From a virus, in IMG/VR virus record IMGVR_UViG_3300013132_006127: 64,000 bases of DNA, one strand, 5' to 3'. Of this stretch, positions 10,133 to 20,536 are shown piece after piece (within the stretch, counting starts at the first letter, position 1; each line of letters opens with the position of its first letter). The notes under the pieces were generated by a model. The model was not told where the DNA came from. It saw only the letters and a program-made list of their open reading frames with translations, and searched no databases. A program made the position numbers and the translations under genes.

Positions 10133-10852
10133 TCAAAATTTTCTATTTTCCTGTATACCATGAGCTAGAAAATGATCTAAAACACCATCAATATGCAGAG
10201 GATGTAAATCTTCATTTATATATTGGTATTTTTTTACATCAAAACTGTCTGGTAATTGGTATGTTTCAATATCATTAAATAAATTTAAATTTTCTTGATG
10301 ATTTTGTTCATACCATTCTATTTTAGATAAATGTTTATTTTTATACTTTTCATTAAGATTGTTGTCGTTTATAAAGTATTTTAGTTTATTTAGTCTAGTC
10401 TCTTTTGATTCAATATGTATTTTATTTTCAAGCAAAATGTTTTGATTATTTTTTTTAATATGTGGTAACACTAGCGGCTTGTTCCAATAAATAGATTTAT
10501 ATTTATCAACATCGGAATAAAAATTAAAATCTAATGCTATTCCAAATATATATAAATGAGAAGAGTATTTATGGGTAAAAGTATTAAAATTTTTATATGT
10601 GGTTATATGTCTATTAAAATTCCTTATCCCAGGATAGGTGTTACACAGTCTTATGTGGTAGTTTTGTTTTCCGGGTATAAAAAATGAACTGTAAAACAAT
10701 TTATTAAAAAACAAATAGCGATTATTATAATTTATTAATAAATCTATATCTTTAGTTTTTTCTAAAGGATACGACATATGTAAGTAATCGCATAAGCTTC
10801 CACAAAAAATAACATCAGATTTAAATATATTAATTAAATTTAACCAGACCAA
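10133..10852 (-). CDS. Hypothetical protein, nucleotidyltransferase-like N-terminus plus FDxxxY...HF..HG..E.R domain
   Basis: IFCGSLC...KDIDLLI resembles an NTase motif; C-terminal FDVKKYQYINEDL...HFLAHGIQENR. Confidence 0.55.
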   Translation of the reverse strand: MVWLNLINIFKSDVIFCGSLCDYLHMSYPLEKTKDIDLLINYNNRYLFFNKLFYSSFFIPGKQNYHIRLCNTYPGIRNFNRHITTYKNFNTFTHKYSSHLYIFGIALDFNFYSDVDKYKSIYWNKPLVLPHIKKNNQNILLENKIHIESKETRLNKLKYFINDNNLNEKYKNKHLSKIEWYEQNHQENLNLFNDIETYQLPDSFDVKKYQYINEDLHPLHIDGVLDHFLAHGIQENRKF

Positions 10853-10876
10853 TTTTTTATGCTATTTTTAGTTTTA

Positions 10877-13018
10877 TCATCCATAATTATATTCCTCTAT
10901 ATTTGTATGTTTAAATTTTTTAAGAAAAAGTTTTTTATTTATTTCCTGATATTTTTTTGCTCCTTTGCTAGTATCGTTGCCGCTAGAAGATCCTTCGTCG
11001 TGTATAATTTCACATCTAGGTTCGTACAATGTTTTTAATCCATTGATATGAGCCCTATATTGCCATTCGCTATCTTCGTAATACATTTTTTCTAAAGAAG
11101 AGTCTAAAACTCCAATTTTGTTTATAGCATCTCTTCTCATATACAATAAACACCCAGAACAATATCCAACGTATCTAGGAAGATTATACTCCCTTTTATT
11201 TGGATCGTGACCCCTTCCTATATTTCTACCCGATCCATTGTTGTATAATTCTGATCCTGCTTCGGCCAACAATCCATTTGGGTATATACTTTTGCCTCCA
11301 ACACATGCTATATAGTCTGAGCTATAAGCGCTACTATATAAATAATTAAGCCAATATTCTGACAATATTTCAACATCATCATTTAATAAAACAACATCTG
11401 AGTCTTTATACAAAGGATCTTTTAAGATGTTATTGTTTGCTTCTATAAAGTAAAGATTTTTTTTATTTTTAATGTATCTGATTTTATTTTTGTATTTAGT
11501 CAGATAAGATTTGATGTAATTTTTAATTTTATCATTGGGGCTGTTGTCTGAAATGACTATAGAATAATTATCATATTTGGTTTTAGATATTATGCTTTCT
11601 AGACATTTAGCTAGTTTTTCTGTTTGGCTATAAGCAACAATGCTAATGATTACATGTTTAGATTTTAGAGTGTGAGCTAATACTTTTTTTGCTGCCTCTA
11701 CTGATACGATTTTATCTAGGTGATTTTGTGCTGCTAGTCCTAATTGTTGTTTTTCTTTTTGAGACAAACTAAAGAAATATTCCATACTTTCTATAAATTC
11801 TTCATCAGTATTTGCTATTAAAGAGTTTCCTTTATCTTTAAAATTTATGCCTTCGTTTCCAATATCTGATGTTAAAATAGGTACTCCGCACATTCCAGCA
11901 TCACAAATTTTACCTTTTATTCCTGCTCCCCAGTTTAATGGAGATAATAATAAACAACACTTTGAATATAAATCCTTTAAAGAGTCAACGTGCCCTAATA
12001 ATTCGATATTTTTATATTGTGATGCTGATTCGATGTCCTTATCTGTGCCAGGACCAGCAAGATATAATTTGGGTTTGCGTCTTAATTTTTTATAAGCATT
12101 TGTTTTTTGAAATTTCTTGTACAACTCTACGCATCTCAAAACAGCATCAACATTTGGTCCATGATTATAATTGCCAATAAAAAATATATCATTACCTAAA
12201 GTAACTTTTTTCTTGTGATGTATATTGCTTAATATTTTAATATTATTATGATAACCTATTTCTTTTTGAATTTCTCTTTTATCATTTTCCGTTACCGCAA
12301 ATACAACATCAGCCTCGCTATATATTTTTTTTTCTAATTCTTTTTTATAATTCAATATCTCTTCAGAAGTTTTTATCCTTTGATCCTTCGCGCCCCTACT
12401 TTCTCTTAGCCAATGAACATCAACACTATCAACTATAATTTTACATTTTGGATAATATTCTTTAACAATATCAACATACTGAACGGCCATATCATACCAC
12501 GAGAAAATAGCATAATCGAAAATTAATTTTTGTTTTTTGAGTTCTGCTAAAGTGGCTATGTGATAATTTTTTTTATCTGGCAAAAAACATGGAATGTTTA
12601 TGCTTCTAACAATATCCAGGTATTTAGAATCGCTTGTTCCGTTACATAAAAAATATACATTATATTCTAGATCATTTTTTAGTATTTTAAGAATTTCTAA
12701 CAATCTATTGCCGCCACTGCTCTTATCATAATCCGGAGCATGAGGAGAGAAATATAATAAGTTTTTAGAATCGCTCCAAAATTCTGGTTTGTGTTCTTGT
12801 ATTTTTAAATCTTGATTTATTTTGATTTTTTTATACGGCCTATTTTCTTTTATACCAAACAGCAAGTAATGTTCTTTGGCTTTTTGTTCATTGTCTATAG
12901 CGGCTTGTTGTAAATCTGGATGATATTCTATATAAAATTGATAGTCAAAATCCTTTGGTATTAAAAAAGAATAAGTTTCTACTAATTTAACGAGTTGTGG
13001 TGAGGTGGTCCATTTCAT
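10877..13018 (-). CDS. Multidomain glycosyltransferase (GT4-like plus GT2)
   Basis: PDYDKSSGGNR, PLNWGAGIKGKI (GT-B); ISDNS, LLNDDV, YCSGCLLYMRR, YYEDSE (GT2). Confidence 0.9.
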   Translation of the reverse strand: MKWTTSPQLVKLVETYSFLIPKDFDYQFYIEYHPDLQQAAIDNEQKAKEHYLLFGIKENRPYKKIKINQDLKIQEHKPEFWSDSKNLLYFSPHAPDYDKSSGGNRLLEILKILKNDLEYNVYFLCNGTSDSKYLDIVRSINIPCFLPDKKNYHIATLAELKKQKLIFDYAIFSWYDMAVQYVDIVKEYYPKCKIIVDSVDVHWLRESRGAKDQRIKTSEEILNYKKELEKKIYSEADVVFAVTENDKREIQKEIGYHNNIKILSNIHHKKKVTLGNDIFFIGNYNHGPNVDAVLRCVELYKKFQKTNAYKKLRRKPKLYLAGPGTDKDIESASQYKNIELLGHVDSLKDLYSKCCLLLSPLNWGAGIKGKICDAGMCGVPILTSDIGNEGINFKDKGNSLIANTDEEFIESMEYFFSLSQKEKQQLGLAAQNHLDKIVSVEAAKKVLAHTLKSKHVIISIVAYSQTEKLAKCLESIISKTKYDNYSIVISDNSPNDKIKNYIKSYLTKYKNKIRYIKNKKNLYFIEANNNILKDPLYKDSDVVLLNDDVEILSEYWLNYLYSSAYSSDYIACVGGKSIYPNGLLAEAGSELYNNGSGRNIGRGHDPNKREYNLPRYVGYCSGCLLYMRRDAINKIGVLDSSLEKMYYEDSEWQYRAHINGLKTLYEPRCEIIHDEGSSSGNDTSKGAKKYQEINKKLFLKKFKHTNIEEYNYG

Positions 13019-13644
13019 AAATATGTTCTCTTATTATAACCAATATAGTTTTCTGTTTGCCAGTTTAGTTTATGATTTATTGTGTTTAGTTCCAATAAAT
13101 CTAAATTATATTGAGATGGTATAAAATTATTTGATAAAAATTTATATTTTGGAAGTTTAAAATTTGATGCTATTTCATTAAAAATAATATCAATATTAAG
13201 TAAACTTTCATAGTTAAGCAATAAATAATTTTCACATATATTAGGCGTTATGTTTAATAGGTGTTGATTTTTTGTTTCTCTAAGATTAAAAATATTATCA
13301 TATTCTTCTAAAAGAGTATCGTGTGGACCTGTCGAGACTATCTTATGGTTAAGAAATTTTAAAAATGTAGTGTCTTTATTAAAAGATATATGATATGGGT
13401 TTTTATACATGGCCGACATCCAATCGTATGGATTTCTTACTATTCCTATAAATAAAGTATTTTGACTATCTGGTATTGTTTTAGTATGATGTGTCCAAAA
13501 ATGTTTCCATCCATATTTCCAAACAATAGGAATATCAAAAGAATTTTTAATCCATTTTTCTAAAAAATTAGTTCCAGAATGTCTTTCTGCAAAGATGGTG
13601 AAGTTTTTAATAGGCTCTTTATTTGTTTGTATTATTATACTCAT
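13015..13644 (-). CDS. Sulfotransferase-like protein
   Basis: AERHSGTNFL (5'-PSB-like loop), WKH, IVRNPYDW (3'-PB-like), LNYESL. Confidence 0.6.
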   Translation of the reverse strand: MSIIIQTNKEPIKNFTIFAERHSGTNFLEKWIKNSFDIPIVWKYGWKHFWTHHTKTIPDSQNTLFIGIVRNPYDWMSAMYKNPYHISFNKDTTFLKFLNHKIVSTGPHDTLLEEYDNIFNLRETKNQHLLNITPNICENYLLLNYESLLNIDIIFNEIASNFKLPKYKFLSNNFIPSQYNLDLLELNTINHKLNWQTENYIGYNKRTYL

Positions 13645-15071
13645 AAAACATATTCCAACTTAGTAAAATTTATATTTGGATCAAAATCCCAAAAATAGTC
13701 TGGGTTCTTGTTTTTATTTAATTCTTTTAACTTTTCACCAGACAAACAATTTTGTTGGAGTAAGGAGTATAGTTCTTCATGAGTTAAAGGTTTTTCGAAT
13801 AATGATGATTGCCCCCTACTATCACCGTGGATATGATTTGCACTCCACCCGTAGATCCCTACGTGAGCATGACGATTACTCTCTGGTGCTATGGTTGTCA
13901 TATTGTTGATTTTTAGTACATTTTGTAGATCTATGTCTAAGCCCGATATTGTTTTATTCTTCAAAGAATCGTAATATGGCTCAACATATTTATAAAATTT
14001 ATATCTATTTATCATACAAGATCTAATGGAATTTTCACTTCTAACTATTTTATTAGGATTTCCTTTGGGTTTCTCCCATGCTCCAATATGAAAATATAAT
14101 ATATTATCGTCTTTGTTTAATGCATGATCATGAAGTAACTGCTCACAAAGTCTTAAATAATCTTTACTAATCAACACATCATCTTCTACGCTCAAAACAT
14201 AATCATAATTTGTATTCTCAAATATATACTTTACACTATCATACCAAGAGTATTTACCACTATTTTTAGGCCAATTTATTCTATTATATTCATCGGTTAT
14301 AACTTTGTCATAATCTGATACTATTCCATAGTCAGGATGAGGATCAACAAAAACGTAAGTTTCAAAATTTTCACTATTAGTAGCATCTTTTTGATACTCT
14401 AGAGAAAGCTGCAACATTGCTGATCTGTCGTAATATGTTGGTCTAACTATGCAGATTTCGCTTAACGGAGGCGTATTATGTCCTATTGTCATTCTGTCTT
14501 CTGTATTATAGGTCCTATAGTTTGAAGTGTGATTATGTAAAGCTATTAGTTGCTTACAAGGATTTAGAGTTTCATAACCACTCTTTTTAGCCATATATGC
14601 CAATGCAGTATCACACCCCAGTTTTCCCATATTAAAATTGCAATTTTTTATTTTATTAAAACCTTTCCATGCCCAAATATCTTGAGAAATACTAGGAATA
14701 TGTATTAATTCACCATCTTTCTCATATCTGCTGATGCACAGAAAAATATTGTTTCTGTTAAAAAAAATACAAATTTTATCAAATTTTTTTAAGATAATAT
14801 CGCTATTTATAAGTATGTTAATGTCATCTTTGTTAGTATTTTCATTAGATTTTTGAAAAACATCGTCATATGTAATTCTTTGGTTTTGTAATATTAGAAC
14901 TGTTTTTTCATTAGTATATCTTTTTATAAAATCTAAACTCTCTTGAGTCTCACATAATAAATAAATTTTATCAATATAATTTAATTTTAAATTACTAACT
15001 ATTGTATCTAGTATTTCTTTATTTCGTTCTTCATTATCAAATTTAAAATAAGGTATGTACAAATTAATCAT
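13641..15071 (-). CDS. Two-domain GT-A-fold glycosyltransferase
   Basis: ILINSDI, SQDIWAW, GKLGCD in the first half; VRPTYYDR, SVEDDV in the second half. Confidence 0.65.
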   Translation of the reverse strand: MINLYIPYFKFDNEERNKEILDTIVSNLKLNYIDKIYLLCETQESLDFIKRYTNEKTVLILQNQRITYDDVFQKSNENTNKDDINILINSDIILKKFDKICIFFNRNNIFLCISRYEKDGELIHIPSISQDIWAWKGFNKIKNCNFNMGKLGCDTALAYMAKKSGYETLNPCKQLIALHNHTSNYRTYNTEDRMTIGHNTPPLSEICIVRPTYYDRSAMLQLSLEYQKDATNSENFETYVFVDPHPDYGIVSDYDKVITDEYNRINWPKNSGKYSWYDSVKYIFENTNYDYVLSVEDDVLISKDYLRLCEQLLHDHALNKDDNILYFHIGAWEKPKGNPNKIVRSENSIRSCMINRYKFYKYVEPYYDSLKNKTISGLDIDLQNVLKINNMTTIAPESNRHAHVGIYGWSANHIHGDSRGQSSLFEKPLTHEELYSLLQQNCLSGEKLKELNKNKNPDYFWDFDPNINFTKLEYVL

Positions 15072-15958
15072 AATGATATAATGTCTTGTTTAAACTTTTC
15101 TATATTAAATATATCTAATGTGCTGCGTTCTTTAAGATAGTTACTACAATCTGCTATGTATTTTTCATCTAAAAGATAATGATCTGGATCGTGCTTTATA
15201 TCTTCATAAAACAATGGATAGTCTTTTCCTATATACTCAACAACTGCGGGGAGTTTGTTTATTATAATAGGAGTGTGACTAACAATGTATTCTAATAAAG
15301 AATTACTCGCAGCAACATCACCATAATATACAAATCCTATGCCACAAACAAGATTAAAAATGTAATCGGTATTGTTCAAAAAAACATTTTTTATTTCTAT
15401 ATTGTGCGATTTATTTGACAAATATTTATTTATATAATTCTTGTCCCATTCTTTGTCTGCATATATCTTTTTTTTAATTTTAGTATTTAAATCTGCAAAT
15501 TTTTCTATATTCCTACCATGAAATCCGGCTTGGTTCAGAACTGGATCTGCAAAATATTTTTGTATATTAAAACTGGTTTCACATGTTTTTGGATGATAGG
15601 TATGAGACACCGGAATATCAACTAAATTTTGTAAAATATCTGCTGTATATTTAGATAGAGTTAATAGTTTGATGCATTTGTCTTTATTATTTATAAACCA
15701 GGAGTGTTGCACAAAATTATGTAGAGTTTGGTGATGTGTCCTGTCTGGGTCGCTGGCTACAGCATGAACTATACCTACCCATCTTGAATCAATGTTTGGC
15801 TTGTTATTCTCCCAAAAGCAACTATCTGCAAAAGAGTCTAAAACAATATCTGAGTTAGTATCGACTATATCATTTTTTATGGAGTTCACAATAAATTCCC
15901 ATCCGTTGTAATGGGCGCCGTACAAAGAGTAGGGAATTATAATTTTATTGAATTTCAT
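15068..15958 (-). CDS. Putative glycosyltransferase (GT-B-like)
   Basis: DVAASNSLLEYIVSHTPIIINKLPAVVEYIGKDYPLFY, C-terminal GT-B-like motif. Confidence 0.55.
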   Translation of the reverse strand: MKFNKIIIPYSLYGAHYNGWEFIVNSIKNDIVDTNSDIVLDSFADSCFWENNKPNIDSRWVGIVHAVASDPDRTHHQTLHNFVQHSWFINNKDKCIKLLTLSKYTADILQNLVDIPVSHTYHPKTCETSFNIQKYFADPVLNQAGFHGRNIEKFADLNTKIKKKIYADKEWDKNYINKYLSNKSHNIEIKNVFLNNTDYIFNLVCGIGFVYYGDVAASNSLLEYIVSHTPIIINKLPAVVEYIGKDYPLFYEDIKHDPDHYLLDEKYIADCSNYLKERSTLDIFNIEKFKQDIISL

Positions 15959-15965
15959 ATATTTT

Positions 15966-16697
15966 CTAATTAATATAAGAGTAAGATTCTGCCCATTTGC
16001 GCCATTTTAGCAATTCAGGATACAAATCTTTTTTTTGAAAATATTCATGCATTTCTTTCTCTGCTAGCTGATTATAGTTGCTAAGGTGAGAATTGTCTTT
16101 TATGGTGCCGTGTCCAACATGAATAACAGGCAACCAATCTGCCACAGATATTTTCCATCCATTATTTTCACATATAATTCCAGACATTATATCTTGTACC
16201 CAACCATATGATGAACGAAATGCTTTAACGGTTTCTATAAATTGTCTTCTAAGTAAGACGCATGTATAGTCAACCCATTTAACATATCTTAGCTCGGTAC
16301 TATTCCAACAGTGCATTTGTGGCCAATAAGGTTGTTTCAATTCAGGTTGTATAATACACGAAGATAGCATATGCAAATCCGCATTAAATAGCTGTTTTCT
16401 CATTTCTTTTATAAAGTTTTTACCTTGTATAATTAAATCAGAATTCAATACTATTAAAGAATCATACCGATGGTCTTTAATAAACAAATTAAAAATATAG
16501 TCCAGCCCTCCTCCGTAATAGAGATTGGTATCTAAACGATATGTGTTGTATTTGCTTTTTTTATCAAGATCGGAGCCGTTGTCAAGAACAATCAAATCAT
16601 AATCCTCGCCTTCATACGGTTTCATTAATTCATACAATGTATCAGTGTATTTGGTACTATTATAGTGCAATATCACGGCCAGTGTTTTATGATTCAT
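15966..16697 (-). CDS. GT2-family glycosyltransferase
   Basis: VILHYN, VLDNGSD, VLNSDL, YGWVQD. Confidence 0.8.
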   Translation of the reverse strand: MNHKTLAVILHYNSTKYTDTLYELMKPYEGEDYDLIVLDNGSDLDKKSKYNTYRLDTNLYYGGGLDYIFNLFIKDHRYDSLIVLNSDLIIQGKNFIKEMRKQLFNADLHMLSSCIIQPELKQPYWPQMHCWNSTELRYVKWVDYTCVLLRRQFIETVKAFRSSYGWVQDIMSGIICENNGWKISVADWLPVIHVGHGTIKDNSHLSNYNQLAEKEMHEYFQKKDLYPELLKWRKWAESYSYIN

Positions 16698-16710
16698 GTT
16701 TTATTAGTAT

Positions 16711-17751
16711 TTATTTATACTTTTGGGTTGTTCGTTTGATTATTTGTAAATAAGCATATCCATTTTTAACATCCGGTTCGATATGACATCCTTCGGCCCA
16801 CTCATTCCAAGCATTTATGCAAAATATCCCGTGATCATGATTTTTATTTGTGTATTCTATAGCATTTTTTAAAGATAATTCAAAAGTCTCTAGACATGAA
16901 TTTGAAAATATGGTATGACATTTTTTATTTTCTGATTTTCTAGCCGTGTTGTCCCACGCAGGAAATGTTGTTTTTATGACAGGATATTCATATTTATTTT
17001 CTATTGATTTTAACATTGTTTTTTTATAGTCACATTGATTATGGTCTATTCTAACTACATTCTGAAAATTTGGTAAAAATTCCATATTCATATCAAAGTT
17101 TATATTTTTTGCATTTGTATAATCGCCAAAGGAATTAATTTTAATTAAATATAAGTCTTTAAAACCATAAGACCTAGATATTTTTCTCCACATAATAGAT
17201 GTTTTATGAATATCTGGGAACAACCCAGTCCTGTAGACGGCAAATACGGGTTTGTTGTTTATTTTAATATACCTATCGTCTGAAAAAACATTTTCACACA
17301 AAAATTTCATGTGATTAACGTCATCTTCTATATTATGAACTTGTTCTTGGATGTATCCATTCTTGTTTGGATCAACTAATCCATCCCAATTTGTTGTCCA
17401 GGGTTCGTTGGCCCAAATATAAAAAAAGGGAAAGTTTGGTTTTTTAAACTTCAACATATTATCTAATGGGGTTTGAAGAAGTCTCTCGCCATTAAACCAA
17501 TAATGATAAAAGGCAAAACCATATATTCCATATGATCGTGCCATTTCCGCTTGTCTTACCAAAACATCTGGATCACTTAAATCATAGTATCCAACAGACT
17601 CGTGAGGGACATGAGGCTGATAATGACCCTCGAAAGAGGGCTTCGCCTTTTTGACATTGTGCCAATCGGTAAATCCTGCTCCCCAAAATCTTTCATTAAT
17701 CGGAATAACATGATACTGAGGAAAATATATAGCTATTGGCTTAATGTTCAT
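16711..17751 (-). CDS. WbsX-like (GH99/GT99-like) glycosyltransferase
   Basis: IAIYFPQYH, WGAGFTDW, GYYDL, FYHYWF, WANEPW, PAWDNTAR, NAWNEWAEG. Confidence 0.88.
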   Translation of the reverse strand: MNIKPIAIYFPQYHVIPINERFWGAGFTDWHNVKKAKPSFEGHYQPHVPHESVGYYDLSDPDVLVRQAEMARSYGIYGFAFYHYWFNGERLLQTPLDNMLKFKKPNFPFFYIWANEPWTTNWDGLVDPNKNGYIQEQVHNIEDDVNHMKFLCENVFSDDRYIKINNKPVFAVYRTGLFPDIHKTSIMWRKISRSYGFKDLYLIKINSFGDYTNAKNINFDMNMEFLPNFQNVVRIDHNQCDYKKTMLKSIENKYEYPVIKTTFPAWDNTARKSENKKCHTIFSNSCLETFELSLKNAIEYTNKNHDHGIFCINAWNEWAEGCHIEPDVKNGYAYLQIIKRTTQKYK

Positions 17752-17753
17752 AA

Positions 17754-18410
17754 TTATTCGTACTTATTATTTTCTAGTCTAAAATTAATAAAAGGATTAA
17801 TACTGTGGACATTGATACCAAGAGATCTTATTTTTTCACATATTTTTATGGTACTAGAATCTAGTGTTTTTACCCATTTTTTATATTCGTCCCAATTATC
17901 CTGCCAGATCTCTTTGATATCAGTATAATAATCATCAAAATTCATTTTATTATTAAGTAATCCGTGATCCGCCCCCACCAATAATATGTTGCGAGCACCT
18001 AAATAATATGCAAAATGTATACCTGTTGTTACGGTCGAGTGACTAACACATAAATAGCTTTCTTTATCAAAAGCAGATAAGTCTATATCTTCTTTGTTTG
18101 GTAAATGATCGTACACACATAAGTTTTGAATGTTTTTATATTTAGATATATCAATTTCTTCATAATATGCTGCGTGTTTTTTAGATACTAAAATGATTCC
18201 CTGGTAATTATCTAATGTTTGTTGTAATAAATTATGATCTTTTTTAACTATGTATTTTGTATTGTATTTTTTGTATACCTGGTTAATTCCAACTGTTATT
18301 TTGTCATAAAAAAATGACGGGTCTACATAGTCACAGCTTGGTCCTGATCCTATGACATAAATATCTTTTCCTGTATGTATGTTGTGTAAATCTTTTAAAT
18401 TGATTGTCAT
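17754..18410 (-). CDS. DUF115 / Maf / MptE-like protein (candidate nonulosonate transferase)
   Basis: IYVIGSGPS, GIN, STVTTGIHFAYYLGARNILLVGAD. Confidence 0.75.
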   Translation of the reverse strand: MTINLKDLHNIHTGKDIYVIGSGPSCDYVDPSFFYDKITVGINQVYKKYNTKYIVKKDHNLLQQTLDNYQGIILVSKKHAAYYEEIDISKYKNIQNLCVYDHLPNKEDIDLSAFDKESYLCVSHSTVTTGIHFAYYLGARNILLVGADHGLLNNKMNFDDYYTDIKEIWQDNWDEYKKWVKTLDSSTIKICEKIRSLGINVHSINPFINFRLENNKYE

Positions 18411-18830
18411 TTATTCACCCGGCACACCTAGTACGCTCCTTAACAGAAAAATTGCTCTATCAAGAAAAATTCTTTCAGAACCATGATCTGCTTTATTATA
18501 ATCCGAAAGAAAATTTTGAATAGTTGTTGTCATTAAAAGGTTTATCTTGTCTATACTATTTAAAGTTTTATCATCAATGAATAAATCATATACTGGTTTG
18601 TCGCACCTTAATTCATGATACTTGCAATTCCACAAATTTAATTGATTTTTTGTTAAATTATAATAGTCAGCTCCAGAACCAACTCCCCTAGCTGTCCAAT
18701 AAACAATATGGTGTCCGTCATCATATAGCTTATTAATTTTTTCTATATATTCCACAATTGGCTCACAATTTTGATAATCATAACCATTAGTTTTAGTTAT
18801 AGTGTTATCTATATCTACATATATTATCAT
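18411..18830 (-). CDS. HAD-superfamily phosphatase (capsule-biosynthesis type)
   Basis: YVDIDNTI, WTARG, KP.YDLFIDDK. Confidence 0.85.
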   Translation of the reverse strand: MIIYVDIDNTITKTNGYDYQNCEPIVEYIEKINKLYDDGHHIVYWTARGVGSGADYYNLTKNQLNLWNCKYHELRCDKPVYDLFIDDKTLNSIDKINLLMTTTIQNFLSDYNKADHGSERIFLDRAIFLLRSVLGVPGE

Positions 18831-19459
18831 AATAATTTTTTAATTAACTCCAAATCTTCCATAGTGTCTATTTGAAAACTTCTATAAAATGGCATTTCTA
18901 CCATTCCTATTTTGCCACTATATCTTAGTTTAGAATCTAATAAAGATTTTTTTGTTGTTATATAAAACGCCCCATTTTCTACATATTTTGCTGGCATGTC
19001 TTGTCTCATTGGTCTATCATTCATGTTCCAATTGTCTGGAGATTTGTCCATATTCCATCTTGGAATCCAATGTTCTTTATAAACACTGAAAATACTATCA
19101 TAATCGGCCATCATGCTCAAACCTTTATTAATATCTTCTGGCAATAACAATGGAGATGTCGGTTGTATAAAGACAAGTATATCGAAATCAATATTATTTG
19201 CAAAATGAATTAACGCCTCTTCGCTTTTGTTTTTATCACCAGATATTTCCTTTGGTCTGTCTATAACTTTTGCTCCATATTGTTTAGCAACAAAGGCTAT
19301 GTTCTTACAGTCGGTACTAACCCAAACATCATTAGCTATTGATCCGATAGTAGTTTTGATAGTATAAGACAAAAGGGGTTTACCATTTATATTGGTAATG
19401 TTTTTATTTGGTATACCCTTGCTGCCGCCTCTAGCTAGTATTATTGTTTTGATATTCAT
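18827..19459 (-). CDS. neuA: CMP-nonulosonic acid synthetase (acylneuraminate cytidylyltransferase)
   Basis: ILARGGSKGIPNKN, VSTD, QPTSPL, ENGAFY, QIDT. Confidence 0.93.
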   Translation of the reverse strand: MNIKTIILARGGSKGIPNKNITNINGKPLLSYTIKTTIGSIANDVWVSTDCKNIAFVAKQYGAKVIDRPKEISGDKNKSEEALIHFANNIDFDILVFIQPTSPLLLPEDINKGLSMMADYDSIFSVYKEHWIPRWNMDKSPDNWNMNDRPMRQDMPAKYVENGAFYITTKKSLLDSKLRYSGKIGMVEMPFYRSFQIDTMEDLELIKKLL

Positions 19460-19462
19460 TTT

Positions 19463-20512
19463 TTAAAATTTAGATAACAGTCTTTTGTAGTCGTTTTTAC
19501 ATTTTTCTGATAGTTTTTTTGATTTATTAAATAATTTTTCATGTATTGATTTGTTGTCAATATAAAAATCTATTAATTTAAAAATTTCTGATAGACTATT
19601 TGAATTTATTTCGAATGATTTTGGATTGTCATATTCTAGCATTTTTTGTAAATAGGTTGTTTTATTTGAATTGCTAATAAAATGAATACAAGGACAACCC
19701 CCTATCGAGGCCATTATAGACGGATGAAATCTTCCAGAAATAAATAATTTTGCACTACTTAAAATTTCAAAACCTTTTTCTACTTTTGTGGATAACGGTA
19801 TTAATTCTAGATTATTATCTAAAGAAAAATTTTTTAACCAATAATCCCTTCCACAAGTTTGAACTATTTTAATAGATAGGTGTGGATAATTTTTTGATAT
19901 ATATTGTGTTATTTCTTTATAAATGTTATATTTTGTTTGTACATCTTGTTGTAAATGCGTGGGATAAGAACCTCCGCTAATACAGATATAATTTTCTTTT
20001 TTAATTTCTTTTATTTTGTCTGACCATATGAATAAAGCATCAGGAACATAAAAAACATTAGATAATTCAGGCAAAAAAGAAATAGAAGAATCGTCTCTAA
20101 CTGTAATTAGATCACATTTAGCCCAAAGATTTAAAGCTCTATTATAAGTATCTTCGTTTAGTCCGGTAGCTGGGCATTTAGAGATCATAGTATTTAAGTA
20201 TAACACTTTTTTATTTTGTCTCAAAGCATATTCAATTATATCTAAATGTATTTTAAATTCTACTCTTTCTGGCGAACTAAAGATGGGGGAACCCTCTCCA
20301 TTTATTATTATAATATCGTTTTTTGTTATTATGTTTTTTAATAATTCTATTTTATGTAGATTTTTTTTTAACATTTCTTTATTACCAAGTTTTGTTACGC
20401 TGTTAATGTTTTTTATGTTATCTTCGATAAGTTCTCCTAGACATTTTGGGGTAGATAAGCAACCCCAGTTCTCACTACAATTTGAATTGCATCCAAAATA
20501 AGCTATATTCAT
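19463..20512 (-). CDS. Polysaccharide pyruvyl transferase family protein
   Basis: NWGC, INGEGS, VRD, VPDALF, SGRFH. Confidence 0.8.
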   Translation of the reverse strand: MNIAYFGCNSNCSENWGCLSTPKCLGELIEDNIKNINSVTKLGNKEMLKKNLHKIELLKNIITKNDIIIINGEGSPIFSSPERVEFKIHLDIIEYALRQNKKVLYLNTMISKCPATGLNEDTYNRALNLWAKCDLITVRDDSSISFLPELSNVFYVPDALFIWSDKIKEIKKENYICISGGSYPTHLQQDVQTKYNIYKEITQYISKNYPHLSIKIVQTCGRDYWLKNFSLDNNLELIPLSTKVEKGFEILSSAKLFISGRFHPSIMASIGGCPCIHFISNSNKTTYLQKMLEYDNPKSFEINSNSLSEIFKLIDFYIDNKSIHEKLFNKSKKLSEKCKNDYKRLLSKF

Positions 20513-20536
20513 TTTTCACCTATTTGTTAGTTAATA

